From Octopus bimaculoides (Eukaryota), in NCBI RefSeq assembly GCF_001194135.2, contig NC_068988.1:16795094-16859093 (forward strand): a DNA stretch of 64,000 nucleotides, in the 5' to 3' direction. The stretch's first letter is position 1, and each line of letters begins with the position of its first letter. Below the pieces are notes generated by a model. That model saw only the letters and a list, made by a program, of their open reading frames with translations. It searched no databases and was not told where the DNA came from. Position numbers and translations under genes: made by a program. Below are positions 14,160-25,872 of the stretch, in pieces.

Positions 14160-14352
14160 CAAATTTGAGGGTAGGGGATTAGTCAATACAAATGACCCCT
14201 GCATTTCACTGGGTCGACGATGGTTAAGGAAGCTGCATTGAAAATTTCCCCCCGCTGAGATTCGAAACCAGAACGGAAAAAGTCACAAGAAATACCATAA
14301 AATCATTTTGTTTGACACTCAAAACTATTTGTCAATCCGCCACCCAGCTTAT
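14160..14352 (-). mobile_element. Degenerate SINE family A copy
   Basis: aaatttgagggtaggggattagtc...gagattcgaaaccagaacgg...tcaatccgccacc follows the reverse-complement family A layout. Confidence 0.55.
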
Positions 14353-14649
14353 TTGAAGTAAAGTTGCTATAACTTTTTACATTTTTTTACACATGATGTG
14401 AATAAGGGTATTTCAACTGGGATTTGAAATTGTGTGAGAATTGGCTTGGTGCACATCTCTCAATATTTCAATTGGAATCTTTATTATAGACCAAGTTTAC
14501 ATACTGGATTTTTACATGGCATTCAATTCTAAAATTCATAACTAAGATGAACTGAAAGGTAGTTAATTCGATGAAAATTTATAAAAAAAATATCATTCAA
14601 ATTTTTAAACATCGCTCGTTTGTTTAGTGTTTATGATGTTAAGTGAAGT

Positions 14650-15169
14650 ATTGAAGACAAACAAGTATTACTATGAAGAGGTATTTAAGTCAAACGAGGA
14701 TTAGAAGAGGCGGGCTACAAAGAACAGTTAGTATTTAACCAGGGGAAGCAAATCAAATATATATATATATATATATGTATATANNNNNNNNNNNNNNNNN
14801 NNNNNNNNNNNNNNNNNNNNNNNNNNNNNNNNNNNNNNNNNNNNNNNNNNNNNNNNNNNNNNNNNNNATATATATATATATAAAATAATAATAATGTTAC
14901 CTATCCAATACCTCATTACAACCAAAATAGAAAAATATAACCATAAAACCCTAGTAAACACCCATAAGTGGATAAAGAAACCAACCAAAACAAAGAAATA
15001 CAATAGTAAGCAGTTCTATATTTAAAAGATGTGGAATTATGTACATTATTTACGTTATTTACATTAGACGGATATTTGTCCTCATCTTGTTGTTAACACG
15101 TTTCCAGCCTTCTTCAGGTGTCTTGGGGAAATTTCGAACCTGGGTTTTCATTCCTAAGGAATTTTTCGA

Positions 15170-15216
<47 letters not shown>

Positions 15217-16129
15217 CCACTGCTTGGAATCGAACTCGGAATTTTCAGGTTAGTAGCCCGCGCTCTTAACCCCTACGCCATATGCTTACATGAAAGACCC
15301 TAACAATAAAAACAACACAATACCTATCAATACCAAAACTAAAAGTAATTATAGGACTAACTTGTGGAAAAATGCTATATTCGGGAAACAAATAACATCC
15401 AATTTCCCAAGGCTGTTTTACACAGCGATCGAAAAACACTTTCCCAAGTCTAGCAAGTACCATAAATGTTAATACACACAATGTACGACTCGCCTTCTCC
15501 ACTAGATGTAACCTAGCACAGATAGTAGCAGCACATAAAGCGAGAAGACTATCTGAGTTCCAAAGGAAACTAAACAAGAATAGGGAAAATATCAACGGAA
15601 AGTTTGGTACTCTGAATTCCAACGATAAGTTAGAAATAGCTATCAACCGAAGGGACCTATGTGCAAAAACCAAAATAACACGCACTAGAGGGAGCGGGGT
15701 GATAAGCCAAGAACCACTAGCCAAAGGGAAAAATCTGTAACACATACTGATATATCCATAGGACTACGAGCGCGAACCGCATGAAATACCAGTTCACAAG
15801 CATAAGGAACTCAGAAATAATACTCGACCGAGAGAAACGAGGACAGCTGAGAATTTTAGAGGCGACCATAACAAAATAAATAATAAGATTAGGGAATCAG
15901 TTCTTTACGACTCTGCCACAGATAGAGTATATCCTTTAGACTCAAGATGTATGACAAAAATTTTGTCTTTAGATGCAAAATCACTTCTGAGGGAAGGTCA
16001 TACCTTATATAAGGACTAGCTCTCACAAACGTCAAATACTGATTGATGCGGTTAAACGTAATCTCGAACTTGACTGAGAGCCACAGGGCATCCCCCCCCC
16101 CCAGATAATAATCTATCATTCCAAACTCA

Positions 16130-16180
<51 letters not shown>

Positions 16181-16330
16181 TGGGTTGTGTTTGTATCTAT
16201 ACTATTAAGATTGTCGGAAAGTAAGTTAGAATACAATTATGGACCGTGGCATTGGACGTCAAACAACATGTGAGGAAAGTAAATACCTGAACTCTGCAAG
16301 CCCAGTCTGTATCGGTTTTTTGAGAGCCTG
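14650..16330 (+). mobile_element. Decayed Penelope-like element (PLE): RT C-terminus, linker, GIY-YIG endonuclease and C-terminal region, with frameshifts and insertions
   Basis: LEEAGYKEQLVFNQ (14701; PLE 'SGYxxxLxY' motif). WKNAIFGKQITSNFPRLFYTAIEKHFPKSSKYHK then THNVRLAFSTRCNLAQIVAAHKAR (15360-15550; cf. PLE WFNPPFS...KHFP...YHKIFN..T.K.SYS..N...II..HN). YPLDSRCMTK..FRCKITSEGRSY-YIG-LA (15928-16030, one extra A; GIY-YIG). SESKLEYN-LWTV...VNT-LC (about 16210-16300). Confidence 0.8.
15010..15288 (-). mobile_element. tRNA-headed short element (head, (AAT)n, body with hammerhead-like remnant) inserted antisense into the PLE linker
   Basis: The minus strand starts gcatatggcgtaggggttaagagcgcgggctactaacctg...gagttcgattcc (A/B boxes), then (aat)n, then gacacCTGAAGAaggctgGAAACgtgttaac at about 15093-15123. 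Confidence 0.7.
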
Positions 16331-17372
16331 CGTCTTGCGTCTAATCAGATTCACAGACATTTATAAATATTGAGTTATTATGCCAAGGTTCTTAGATGAG
16401 TGGATACAAATTTGATTTCTTCCAAGCGCATTACTGGTTCTGATTTCATTGATTACCAACAGGTAATTTTTTATCGATCGCATCCAAAGTTGAAGTCCTT
16501 TATACCCGTAAGGTATTATATCCATCATATCTATACGTTCTTATGGCTCTCAGATCACCTAGCTAATGTTTATTTTTAACAATTTAAAGCGGTAAAAATG
16601 ACATAAGAGAAAATGATAAATATTTATTAACCTCATGAATTTCTGTGGTGTATAGACTCGCTTCTTTGATCTTTTATGACTGGGGTTATATATCAAAACG
16701 GTATCAAATCTAATTATATTTTCCATTAAATCTCGGTTATTATTTCCGACAGTTTTGTGGATTCAGGTACATTATATTATCAGTCTAGGCTAGAAATACA
16801 ACAAAATATCTCTTACTGATCATATATATACATAATACATACTTACATACATACATACAAACATACACACGCACGCACATCACACACAAACACATATGCA
16901 CATATGTATATGTGAGCGATTGTGCGAGTGTACGAGTGTATACGGGTATGTGAGTATATTATAAAAAAGTTTTGACGGAAAATTTGTTTCGCTTGATAGC
17001 TTATTCGTCGAAACAAAAGAAATTTCATAATTGATTTTACTCTAGCGTTAGTATTGAGTGCTCCATTCGTAAAATTTCTCTTGATATTCTGAACATTTTT
17101 TGATATATGAAATTCGAATTAGCATTTTATGTGTATACATATAAAGATTCGTATACACAGTCACAAACACTAACACATACACACACATCTATTCATACAG
17201 AAATGAATTGACAATCGGCAAAGCTGTTAGTACAAGTGCAACATCGATGTCCGGAACTTTTGTTTCAAAAGCCGTTTCGGTCTATTGATTTTTACGGGAT
17301 AAATGCTAATTTTACTTAAATAATTAAATATACTACTGGAACATGAACATTAGTATAAATAAAATAAATTTA

Positions 17373-17555
17373 GCAGGAGTGGCTGTGTGGCAAGTAGCTT
17401 GATTACCAGCAACATGGTTCCGGGTTCAGTCCCACTGCGTGGCACCTTGGGCAAGTGTCTTCTACTACAGCCTCGGGTCGACCAAAGCCTTGTGAGTGGT
17501 TTTGGTAGACGGAAACTGAAAGAAGTCCGTCATATATATATATATNNNNNNNNNN

Positions 17556-17597
<42 letters not shown>

Positions 17598-17824
17598 CGT
17601 GTGTGTGTGTGTTTGTGTGTCTGTGTTTGTCCCCCCTCAACATCGCTTGACAACCGATGCTAGTGTGTTTACGTCCCCGTAACTTAGCAGTTTGGCAAAT
17701 GAGACCGATAGAATAAGTAGTAGACTTATGAAGATTAAGTCCTGGGGTCGATTTACTCGACTAAGGTCGGTGCTCCAGCATGGCCGCTGTCGAATGACTG
17801 AAACAAGTAAAAAAGTAAAAGAGA
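17373..17824 (+). mobile_element. Full-length tRNA-derived SINE family B with internal (TA)n(TG)n
   Basis: Head gcaggagtggctgtgtggcaag...ggttccgggttcagtcccactgcgtggcaccttgggcaagtgtc, internal microsatellite, tail gctccagcatggccgc...gactgaaacaagtaaaaaag. Colinear with the copies at 36925 and 54027. Confidence 0.9.
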
Positions 17825-18098
17825 ATGGACTGTTCAAGGAACGCGATTGCGCAAGATACCAGTAAACTAGCCTGGTGTCCGTGGAAATTTGAGGCTTCTG
17901 CTTGTAAATCAATGTACTGATGTACCTGTAGGTAGAATAGAATATATTGTGTTATTTCTTCCCCCTCTGCCTTCTGGGAGTTCCAATCTGCTGCTGTAAA
18001 ATTTTTGTTTTCTTCTTTTGGGGTTCAATATAAAGCACCGATTCTTATATTTTATGCGCAACACCTTTCAGAAATCGGATAAACATATATTCTAATAT

Positions 18099-18469
18099 TT
18101 TCTGCTTGTTTCATTCTTTAGACTGCATTCATATTCATAAAATTATCCGACCTCACTAGTTATTCTTTTTAAGTTGGTGCTTTCTTTATCTGAACCGCTA
18201 AGTTACAGGGATGTAAACACAGGAACACCGGTTGACAAGCGGTGATGGGAGACTAATAGACATAATGACACACACAGATAGACATACACAACACACATAT
18301 ACACACGACGGTCTTCTCACACGCTCTGTCTACCAAATCCACTCAGAAAGCCTTGCTTCATCCCGTGGCTATAATAGAAGACATTTGTGCAAGGTGTCAC
18401 GCTGTGGAGCTGATCTTGAAACCATGAGTTTGGGAACAAACTTCTTAACACACAGCAACACCTGCTCCT
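18099..18469 (-). mobile_element. Older, diverged SINE family B copy
   Basis: gaaccgctaagttacagggatgtaaacac, gtctaccaaatccactcagaaagcc, agaagacatttgtgcaaggtgtcacgc match family B on the minus strand. Confidence 0.8.
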
Positions 18470-18879
18470 CTCATGCTAATTAATTATACTATCCTTGCGT
18501 CCCGACCCAGTTTTGATTTTGTTTCAGAACATGTCTTTCTTCTGATAATAATCAACGTTCATCATGAACGCAGCGCTGCTCTTTTTGAAATTCTGCTCAT
18601 ATTACATAAACACCTGAATAATCAATTTATGCTAAATTTTCCCATCACCAGTGTCATTCTTCCATATTATCGCCTTCTTCATAATTAATTTTGCACGTAT
18701 TTGTTCACGAACGCAGATCTGGTGGAAGAAATAGTGCGGAGCAAGCAACAACATCATAGTGCATTATTCTTTTTTATCCTATCAAGCACGTAATTGCTTC
18801 CAAATATTGAGTGACTTCTCTGGTTTCTCTAGGTAAATGATGCTTTAATTCTATGAAGGTTCAAGTATTTTGTCAACTA

Positions 18880-19170
18880 GAAGGAATGTTGATGCACACA
18901 AACGACGCGTATTTAAACTAAGCTTTTTGTCATTTCCTTTTGCAGTGTCAATTCACTCTACTGAATTTTCCGCCAAACAGAAAGGAAAGGGAAACAGGAA
19001 AAATAAAACGATGTTCTTGTTAAAGCCTGAAACTTTGATGTTTGAAGTATTCATTGCTTGCACATCAGGATCTGTTATTGTGATTCGTGGATTCAATTGC
19101 AAACAATTTTCTCTTGCAAGATCCAGTAACTGTTCCAATACACAATTGCAAAGCTCTCCATTTATCCTAC
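18880..19170 (-). pseudogene. Possible CR1/L2-type RT C-terminal relic
   Basis: LEQLLDLARENCLQLNPR...NIKVSG and downstream DKKLSLNTR-LCA resemble LxxWxxxNxLxLNxxK...DxKLxFxxH. Weak. Confidence 0.25.
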
Positions 19171-20705
19171 TCATGCATAAACAAGATGATAGGTTTTTGA
19201 TTCGTCAGGGATCTAAAAGGTATATAACTGATAAAATAAATAAGAGCATTTCAAATCTATTACCCATTTCACAAAGTGAACCTTACGCTACTTTGTATAT
19301 TTTGAATACGAAACCTCTTGTCTTTTACAGGAATATCCGTAAATAGATGTGATTCAGCATAAAATGAGATCTGTTACTGTCGATCAACCTCCATGACAAT
19401 ACCTCTAATTTATCAATTCATATTATTGAAACATTTAAATTTTCAAACGAAATGCATCTTTATTTTAAAATTTTACACGCTGCTATATGTGAAAAGGAAG
19501 ATATCATGCACAACTGAATAGTTTAGTGGTGTTCACTCAATAAAAATATCTATGAAATATTCACCCTACATTTATGAGGAGAATTGGTCGCTATCTGTAA
19601 ATTTTCTTAACTAAATGTTTTCCATTGAAATACTCGATCCCTGGAATTATGCAACACTATTTTATCACAAAATCAATTATTCTTGTTTTTCAATAGTTTT
19701 ATTACATTATTATAAATAATAAAGTTTATTTGTAAAACTTTTGGGGAGAAACAGTCTCACAAGCTTCTGTGGTGCTGTTATAGGGAAAACATTCACGTAA
19801 GTCTTCCAGTTTGTTGTAGTGTCCTAGATATTAATCGACTGTGATACCTAAAAGAGTTTGTTGACAGGACCCTGTGTAGGTGGTGAATGAAAGGGAGTGG
19901 ACCTATCCGATAATTGATAACGGTGCTATGCAGCGAGGAGTAAAGGCAAAGGTAGACAAGCAGAGCAGAGAGCTAATTTTGTAATTTCAAAATTAAAAAC
20001 ATTCATCTTCCGGTATGTTTATTCATTAAAAGAAAGGAAATATAAAATCGCAAGAGAATCTAGAGAACATAGGTAGTCAATAATATGTTTTCGACTTGAG
20101 CGTAGTAACGTTTGGAAAAATACAATACACAGCATCACTATCTTTTCTGTAAAGATGATAGATCGTGTGACGAGTAACTCATAAGATTATTGCTAATGCC
20201 ACCTAATTGCAGGAAATTCTTTGATTATATCAAAAATGGGTTAAAGGTGATAGCAACTATTTTTTTTACGAAAATTATATTCTGGCTGGATCTTTAGTGA
20301 TATCGGTCTCATTGAAAAATAGGGCAATATTAAGATAGATTTTAGTATATATGTAGAATGGATTGCTTCACGTTTACAGTGAGGTGTTTCAATGCTTCTA
20401 TAACCACTGCCAAATCGTACAAAGCATGCAGCTGACGTGTCTAACCCCTAACAAGATTTTGGAGGAGTCTGGTGAGAAGGGATTGTCTAGGAGATTGTGT
20501 TTTGGTTAAACATTTCACCCGCCAACCAAATATCAACGGCTTCTAATCGAGGTGGCTATAAATATGTGGAAAATAGTGAGACGTCAAATGTGCTGACTAC
20601 TATTAGACATATATTGAATTTAAATAAATTTCATCAAAATAAACACTGTTCCGAATGATACAATAATACCTATTCTCTGAAAGTTAAATAGGATCTTTTC
20701 CCTTT

Positions 20706-21058
20706 AAACAGCAAATCGACAAATTAATTTTCGTAACTAAGCACTTTCAAACTTCGGACACTGGTAGAATGTGTCATATAAAACATCTTTTACTCGTAGT
20801 GTTGCTGAGAAAAGTTTATATTTTCAAAGTTATTTCAAGTTAAAATTAGTCGTATTTCGGTAATTTCAACCAATCAATGACGCCTATTCAGCTGAATAAA
20901 ATTACTGCCGTTGTTTGTCAACAACAACAACTATCGGCGGTGTATAATTTCGTTTGTCACTGTTATTTATGACATTGTTCGTGCGTTTGTACTGGTTTTA
21001 GCTTTAGGGCTTTAGGATTAGGGTTTTAAAGTTAAAGCTAGGGTTAGGGTTTTAGGAT
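20706..21058. mobile_element. Probable non-autonomous DNA-transposon-like repeat ending in a degenerate TTAGGG-like tract
   Basis: A discrete block (aatcgacaaattaattttcgtaactaagcactttcaaacttcggacactgg...ccaatcaatgacg...) followed by tttagggctttaggattagggttttaaagttaaagctagggttagggttttagg at about 20997-21056. The class is inferred. Confidence 0.4.
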
Positions 21059-21081
21059 ATATATATATATATATATATATA

Positions 21082-21306
21082 TAGCTAGAGGTTGATGTGA
21101 GAGGCATATTGTGAACATGATAGTACAAATGATAAAAAACAGATTAATAAATCTATATAGTGAATGAGAAATATGCTTACAGACATACTGAAGAATGATG
21201 AAAATAAACGACTAGCTTGTAAAAAGACGGTTTTTCACCAGCAAAAAGGGGTGAATAGTAACATGATATAGTTCTCAACTATGCCTCTCACATCAACCTC
21301 TAGCTA
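21082..21306. repeat. Perfect 27-bp inverted repeat bracketing 225 bp
   Basis: tagctagaggttgatgtgagaggcata (21082-21108) is the exact reverse complement of tatgcctctcacatcaacctctagcta (21280-21306). Confidence 0.95.
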
Positions 21307-21390
21307 TTTTAAGAACAAACTCCGAGACACACATGAATCTCCAGCCGTCAGCATGTGTTAAAAATAACAGTCAATTCTTACCTTTTATAC
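21110..21390 (+). pseudogene. Decayed 3' end of a Penelope-like ORF
   Basis: Frame-broken pieces FSPAKR(G)E, IVLNYASHINL, NSE...ISSRQHVLK resemble the PLE C-terminus (YxxxxKRCxLCxxEK...LNKRxELISKCRH). A hammerhead motif follows directly, as expected in a PLE pseudo-LTR. Confidence 0.4.
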
Positions 21391-21391
21391 C

Positions 21392-21507
21392 AGTCAAACT
21401 TTGCCCTGATGAAGGTTTTTGGTTTTTGAAATTCATACTGCAATTTATTTGCATAAATGCGGGTTTAAATAATAAGCCGAAACGTGCGTAGGCAACATGA
21501 ATTGACT
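21392..21507 (+). ncRNA. Type I hammerhead ribozyme motif (PLE-type)
   Basis: Stem I ttgcc/ggcaa extended by agtcaa/ttgact. Core CTGATGA 21406-21412. Stem II ggttt/aagcc. GAAAC 21479-21483. Self-complementary stem III ACGTGCGT. GUA cleavage triplet 21488-21490. Confidence 0.8.
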
Positions 21508-21569
21508 TTTATAGTATATATATATATTGATTATTCTGCGTATGCATCCTCCAATTTCTTTGTATTGTT

Positions 21570-21615
<46 letters not shown>

Positions 21616-21776
21616 NNNNNNNNNNNNNNNNNNNNNNNNNNNNNNNNNNNNNNNNNNNNNNNNNNNNNNNNNNNNNNNNNNNNNNNNNNNNNNNNNNNNN
21701 NNNNNNNNNNNNNNNNNNNNNNNNNNNNNNNNNNNNNNNNNNNNNNNNNNNNNNNNNNNNNNNNNNNNNNNNNNNN

Positions 21777-21817
<41 letters not shown>

Positions 21818-21935
21818 GATGAACATAAACGGAAAGAAAAGTACTCAGTTGTCGGTGAGAGTAGACATCATATGTAAATTATATTTATCTCCGGGTAATA
21901 TATGATATATTCTTATTCTGACTGCGGTTCATATT

Positions 21936-21969
21936 ACTAGAACGTGTCCGCCGACATTTGCACGGACGG
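21936..21969 (-). mobile_element. Candidate Helitron 3' terminus (GC hairpin + CTAG)
   Basis: Minus strand ccgtccg-tgcaaatgt-cggcgg, 7-nt spacer, CTAG followed by T. The 5' TC end was not located. Confidence 0.4.
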
Positions 21970-23042
21970 CGAATGACCCGGTCAGAATGTACAAATACGG
22001 TCAGAACTATTCTAATAACAAGTAACCAAGGATAACGACGTGGCATCCTGACTGTTGTCGACATCACACAAAAGCACACACGGACACACAGACACAGACA
22101 CAGAAACACACACACAAACACACACATGCAAACACGCACATATTCACACTTACAAACATACACACGTTGAGTGTGTGTATGTTTGAGTATATATGCGTCT
22201 GCGCGTGTGGACTGTGCATGGCTATGTATATATTAAATTTGTGGATATCTACAGATGTTAAGCAGAAATTTCTCCCCTCATTTTCAGTCTAACAGTGTTA
22301 CTAGCCTTACCCTATTATCTATTCCAATCTTTTCCTTTCTATTTCCCTTCTCCTCATTCCCTCCCTCGCTTTCCCAATCCTATGATTACATCAAAGGTAA
22401 CACTAAGCGAGATTCATTTCATATCTTCTCCTAAATATTCCTTTGATTTGACAACTTGGTACCTGATCGAAACTCAACACAGATTATATCGATTGAATAT
22501 TTAATGATCTTACACAGGAGGTTTAATTTCAGTAAAAGCACCGGCAGCTGCGTTTTATGTACAGTGAAAATGTATCTAATCAATCAGCCATCTATGTAAG
22601 CATATGCATACGTATGCTGAATGTATTACGCATGTATGTGTATATGCATATATATATATATATATAAATAGATGAATATATATATATAGATATATATATA
22701 TATATATATATATGTATATGTATATATTTATGTATGTATTTATATATATATATTCATCTATATCTATCTATCTATCTATATATATATATACACACATATG
22801 CATATGTGAATTCACATGTATCTTCTAACATAAATATATCCAAACACATTCACATACGTGCATACATGATATATACATACGTACTTGTATATATATATAT
22901 ACATATGTATACATATATATACATACATACACATACATATATACATACATACATACACNNNNNNNNNNCATACACATACATATATACATACATACATACA
23001 CATACATATATACATACATACATACACATACATATATGCATT

Positions 23043-23084
<42 letters not shown>

Positions 23085-23827
23085 CCCTGCAGTGACATGC
23101 ATTTCTTATTCTGGTCTTGTTTCGACTGTACCCTCTTACTTGCTGTGATTGCTGATTAATTCAGCGTTGATCAGCAAGTTCTATGGCACATCGATCACCA
23201 ACGAGGCAAATATTACTCTAAGCAGATAATATTGAATCTCTTTATCCGTTTCGATTTTAAGTTTCACATTGAAAGGCAAATATTATTTTAGTGTAGATGA
23301 AATTTATTTTGAAACCTTTCTAATATTCCTGATTTTAAACACCTAAGTTTATTTACGTGTTATTTAATAACCGGAATTATTAAAGAAATTTTCTGTGTAC
23401 ATAGAAAGACATCTTGCTGGTATATGGCATTATAAAAACTGTAGTAATCTCAGTGAATTAATTATATTGATCGATTGAATATAAATAAAAATCCGGTGAC
23501 GTAAAATAATCTATAGAATGTATCGATTCTTTGATTCATTGCGGATTTCCGATAAGACAGTTTAGATTATTTACTTATATGATTTTAGTCATAATGCTAA
23601 TGATTAACGAAAGCTCTTATCATATTGGAAATAATTATTGCATGTGTTTGAATGCATATTCTGTTTTAAAGAAATTGTAAAGTAATGCTGTAGGATGCAT
23701 ACAGGCATATAAAAGAATGAATTTGAGAAAAGAATATGAGTTTCCTTTGAAATATATCTAGGAAATAGAAAATACTTTCTGCTTAATAAGAAATGTCGGG
23801 GCATTAGAGCTTCAAGCTGCTGCAAAC

Positions 23828-24412
23828 CCATAATCTTTTATACTACAGGCACCAGGCCTGAAAGCTTCGGTGTGTGGGGAGATGCTGTCGATCCCAATAA
23901 TCAGTTGTTACTTTATTCATCGAACCGAAATGGTTGAAAGGCAGACATTTCGTCGCGGGATTTAGCACAGAACCTAAAGCCAGATGACACGCTGTTAAGC
24001 ATTTTGTCCGTCTTCCTAATTGTCCGACAGTATACCGTTTTCTGCAGCAAACTGATAATGAGGCAAATGTTTGCATGTCTTGGGTTGAAATAACTGTTGC
24101 ATGTCTTGAGGTGAAATACTTTGACAATCATATCTTCTAAATGTTAAACACAATTTTTCGTTTATAGCACAAATATACGTATATATTCTTTTTAAAATTG
24201 GTTACAAGTTTTGGCATACGTCTATCAATTTCGCGGGAGGAGGCACGTTGAATATATTGATCATCATCCTCAACTGGTAATTATTTGATTGACCCCGAAA
24301 GAATGAAAGACAAATCAGCTTCGGCGCAATTTAAACACAGAATTCAACAACGGACGATATGCCACTAAGAATTACGTCAGGCATGCCAACGATCCCGCCA
24401 GTTCACCGCCTT
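23828..24412 (-). mobile_element. Two degenerate SINE family A copies (about 23828-24015 and 24200-24412)
   Basis: gaccccgaaagaatgaaagacaaatcagcttcggcgcaatttaaacacagaa...gccagttcaccgcctt and a similar, more decayed upstream copy. Confidence 0.7.
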
Positions 24413-25398
24413 TTTATTCGTTTTAATATTTATAATGCAATCAGCAAGTATCGTGTAATGAGATCTGCGATTATCAGATATCAATTAATTGGGTAAAGAT
24501 GAGGATTTTCCAAAATTTAAAGCAACTTAGAATATACATCTTCATAAAATCCATATTTTATTTTAAATATTTTTGCGATTTTCAGTATGAGGAAATAAAA
24601 ATTTGTGTATTTGCCATCTGCCAATTTACAGATATGTGATTACCAGTTATGAAAATGTCATTCTTCAATATTTGGGGAACTTGCAATAAAAGATTTCATT
24701 TTAGTAACACTTGTGCTATTTTAATATACGACGAACATCCATTTACTGAGAACTTTCAATTTTTCTGACATCTTCACCCTTCTCCATTGGTCTTGACAGC
24801 ACATGGTGCTTCATCAGCAGAATATATTTATTTTACTTTCAGTTTTTCCTCTGTCGCTTATTGATAATATATGTCTAATACTTCTAGAAACGTACAAAAT
24901 ATTCTATCTTTTCTTGATATATTATTTCTCAGAAAAGTATTTTTCATTTATTTTAGATATACAAATATTTTTCAAAATGTGCTCTAGCTGTATGTCTGCG
25001 ATACTTTTCATTAATTTATATCATAAAAACAGATTAATAAAAATATAATTATTGTCATGATTCTTAGGGACGAAATACACACAAGGACACAGACACACAT
25101 GCATATGTACCCACGATTATAGACAGATGCATACAAATATTTTCACGCATATACACATGATAGAAATAAACGAATTGTTATCTGGTATTTCTACAATTAC
25201 GTCATTAATAATTTTTTGATGAGGTAAGCATAACATAACTAGTCAGATTGTGTAAAAGAAAATTATATATACAGGAGTTAGACAAAATAATGGAAACAAC
25301 AAGCATCATAATTTTTTGATATATACGATATATATATATATATATGCCTAGTATTACATGTTTACAATTTTTCATATATATATATATANNNNNNNNNN

Positions 25399-25592
25399 TG
25401 TTTGTCCCCCCCCCACCAACAATTGACAACCGACAGTGGTGTGTTCACGTTCCCGTAACTTAGCGGTTCGGCAAAAAGAGACCGATAGAATAAATACTAG
25501 GCTTACAATGAATAAGTCCTGGGGTCAATTTTCTCGACTAAAGGCGGTACTCCAGGATGACCGCAGTCAAATGACTGAAACAAGTAAAAGAG
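25399..25592 (+). mobile_element. 3' half of SINE family B next to a gap (diverged 5' part may lie upstream)
   Basis: tgtttgtccccccc...cccgtaacttagcggttcggcaaaagagaccgatagaataa...gactgaaacaagtaaaagag. Confidence 0.85.
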
Positions 25593-25822
25593 TGTATATA
25601 TACATACGAGGTTCTGCAGAAAATTCCATGGTTTTAAAGAGTATCTCTACTGTCCGAAGCAGTGCTGGAACTCTTGCGAAGTGATACCTTTTAACACCTC
25701 TGCCGTATATTTCTTCAACTCTTCTACATCTGCAAATTCAGTAATACCATCTTTCATCACCGGTGATGACCTTTGAAAAACGGTCCGGATTAAATTTCAA
25801 CAGTTCTTTCATTCCCCCCCCC

Positions 25823-25872
<50 letters not shown>

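Noticed and set aside
15266-15745. 159-aa minus-strand ORF
   Set aside because: Antisense shadow of the plus-strand Penelope-like coding remnant.
18870-19346. 158-aa plus-strand ORF
   Set aside because: No recognisable domain; the opposite strand shows weak RT-like motifs instead.
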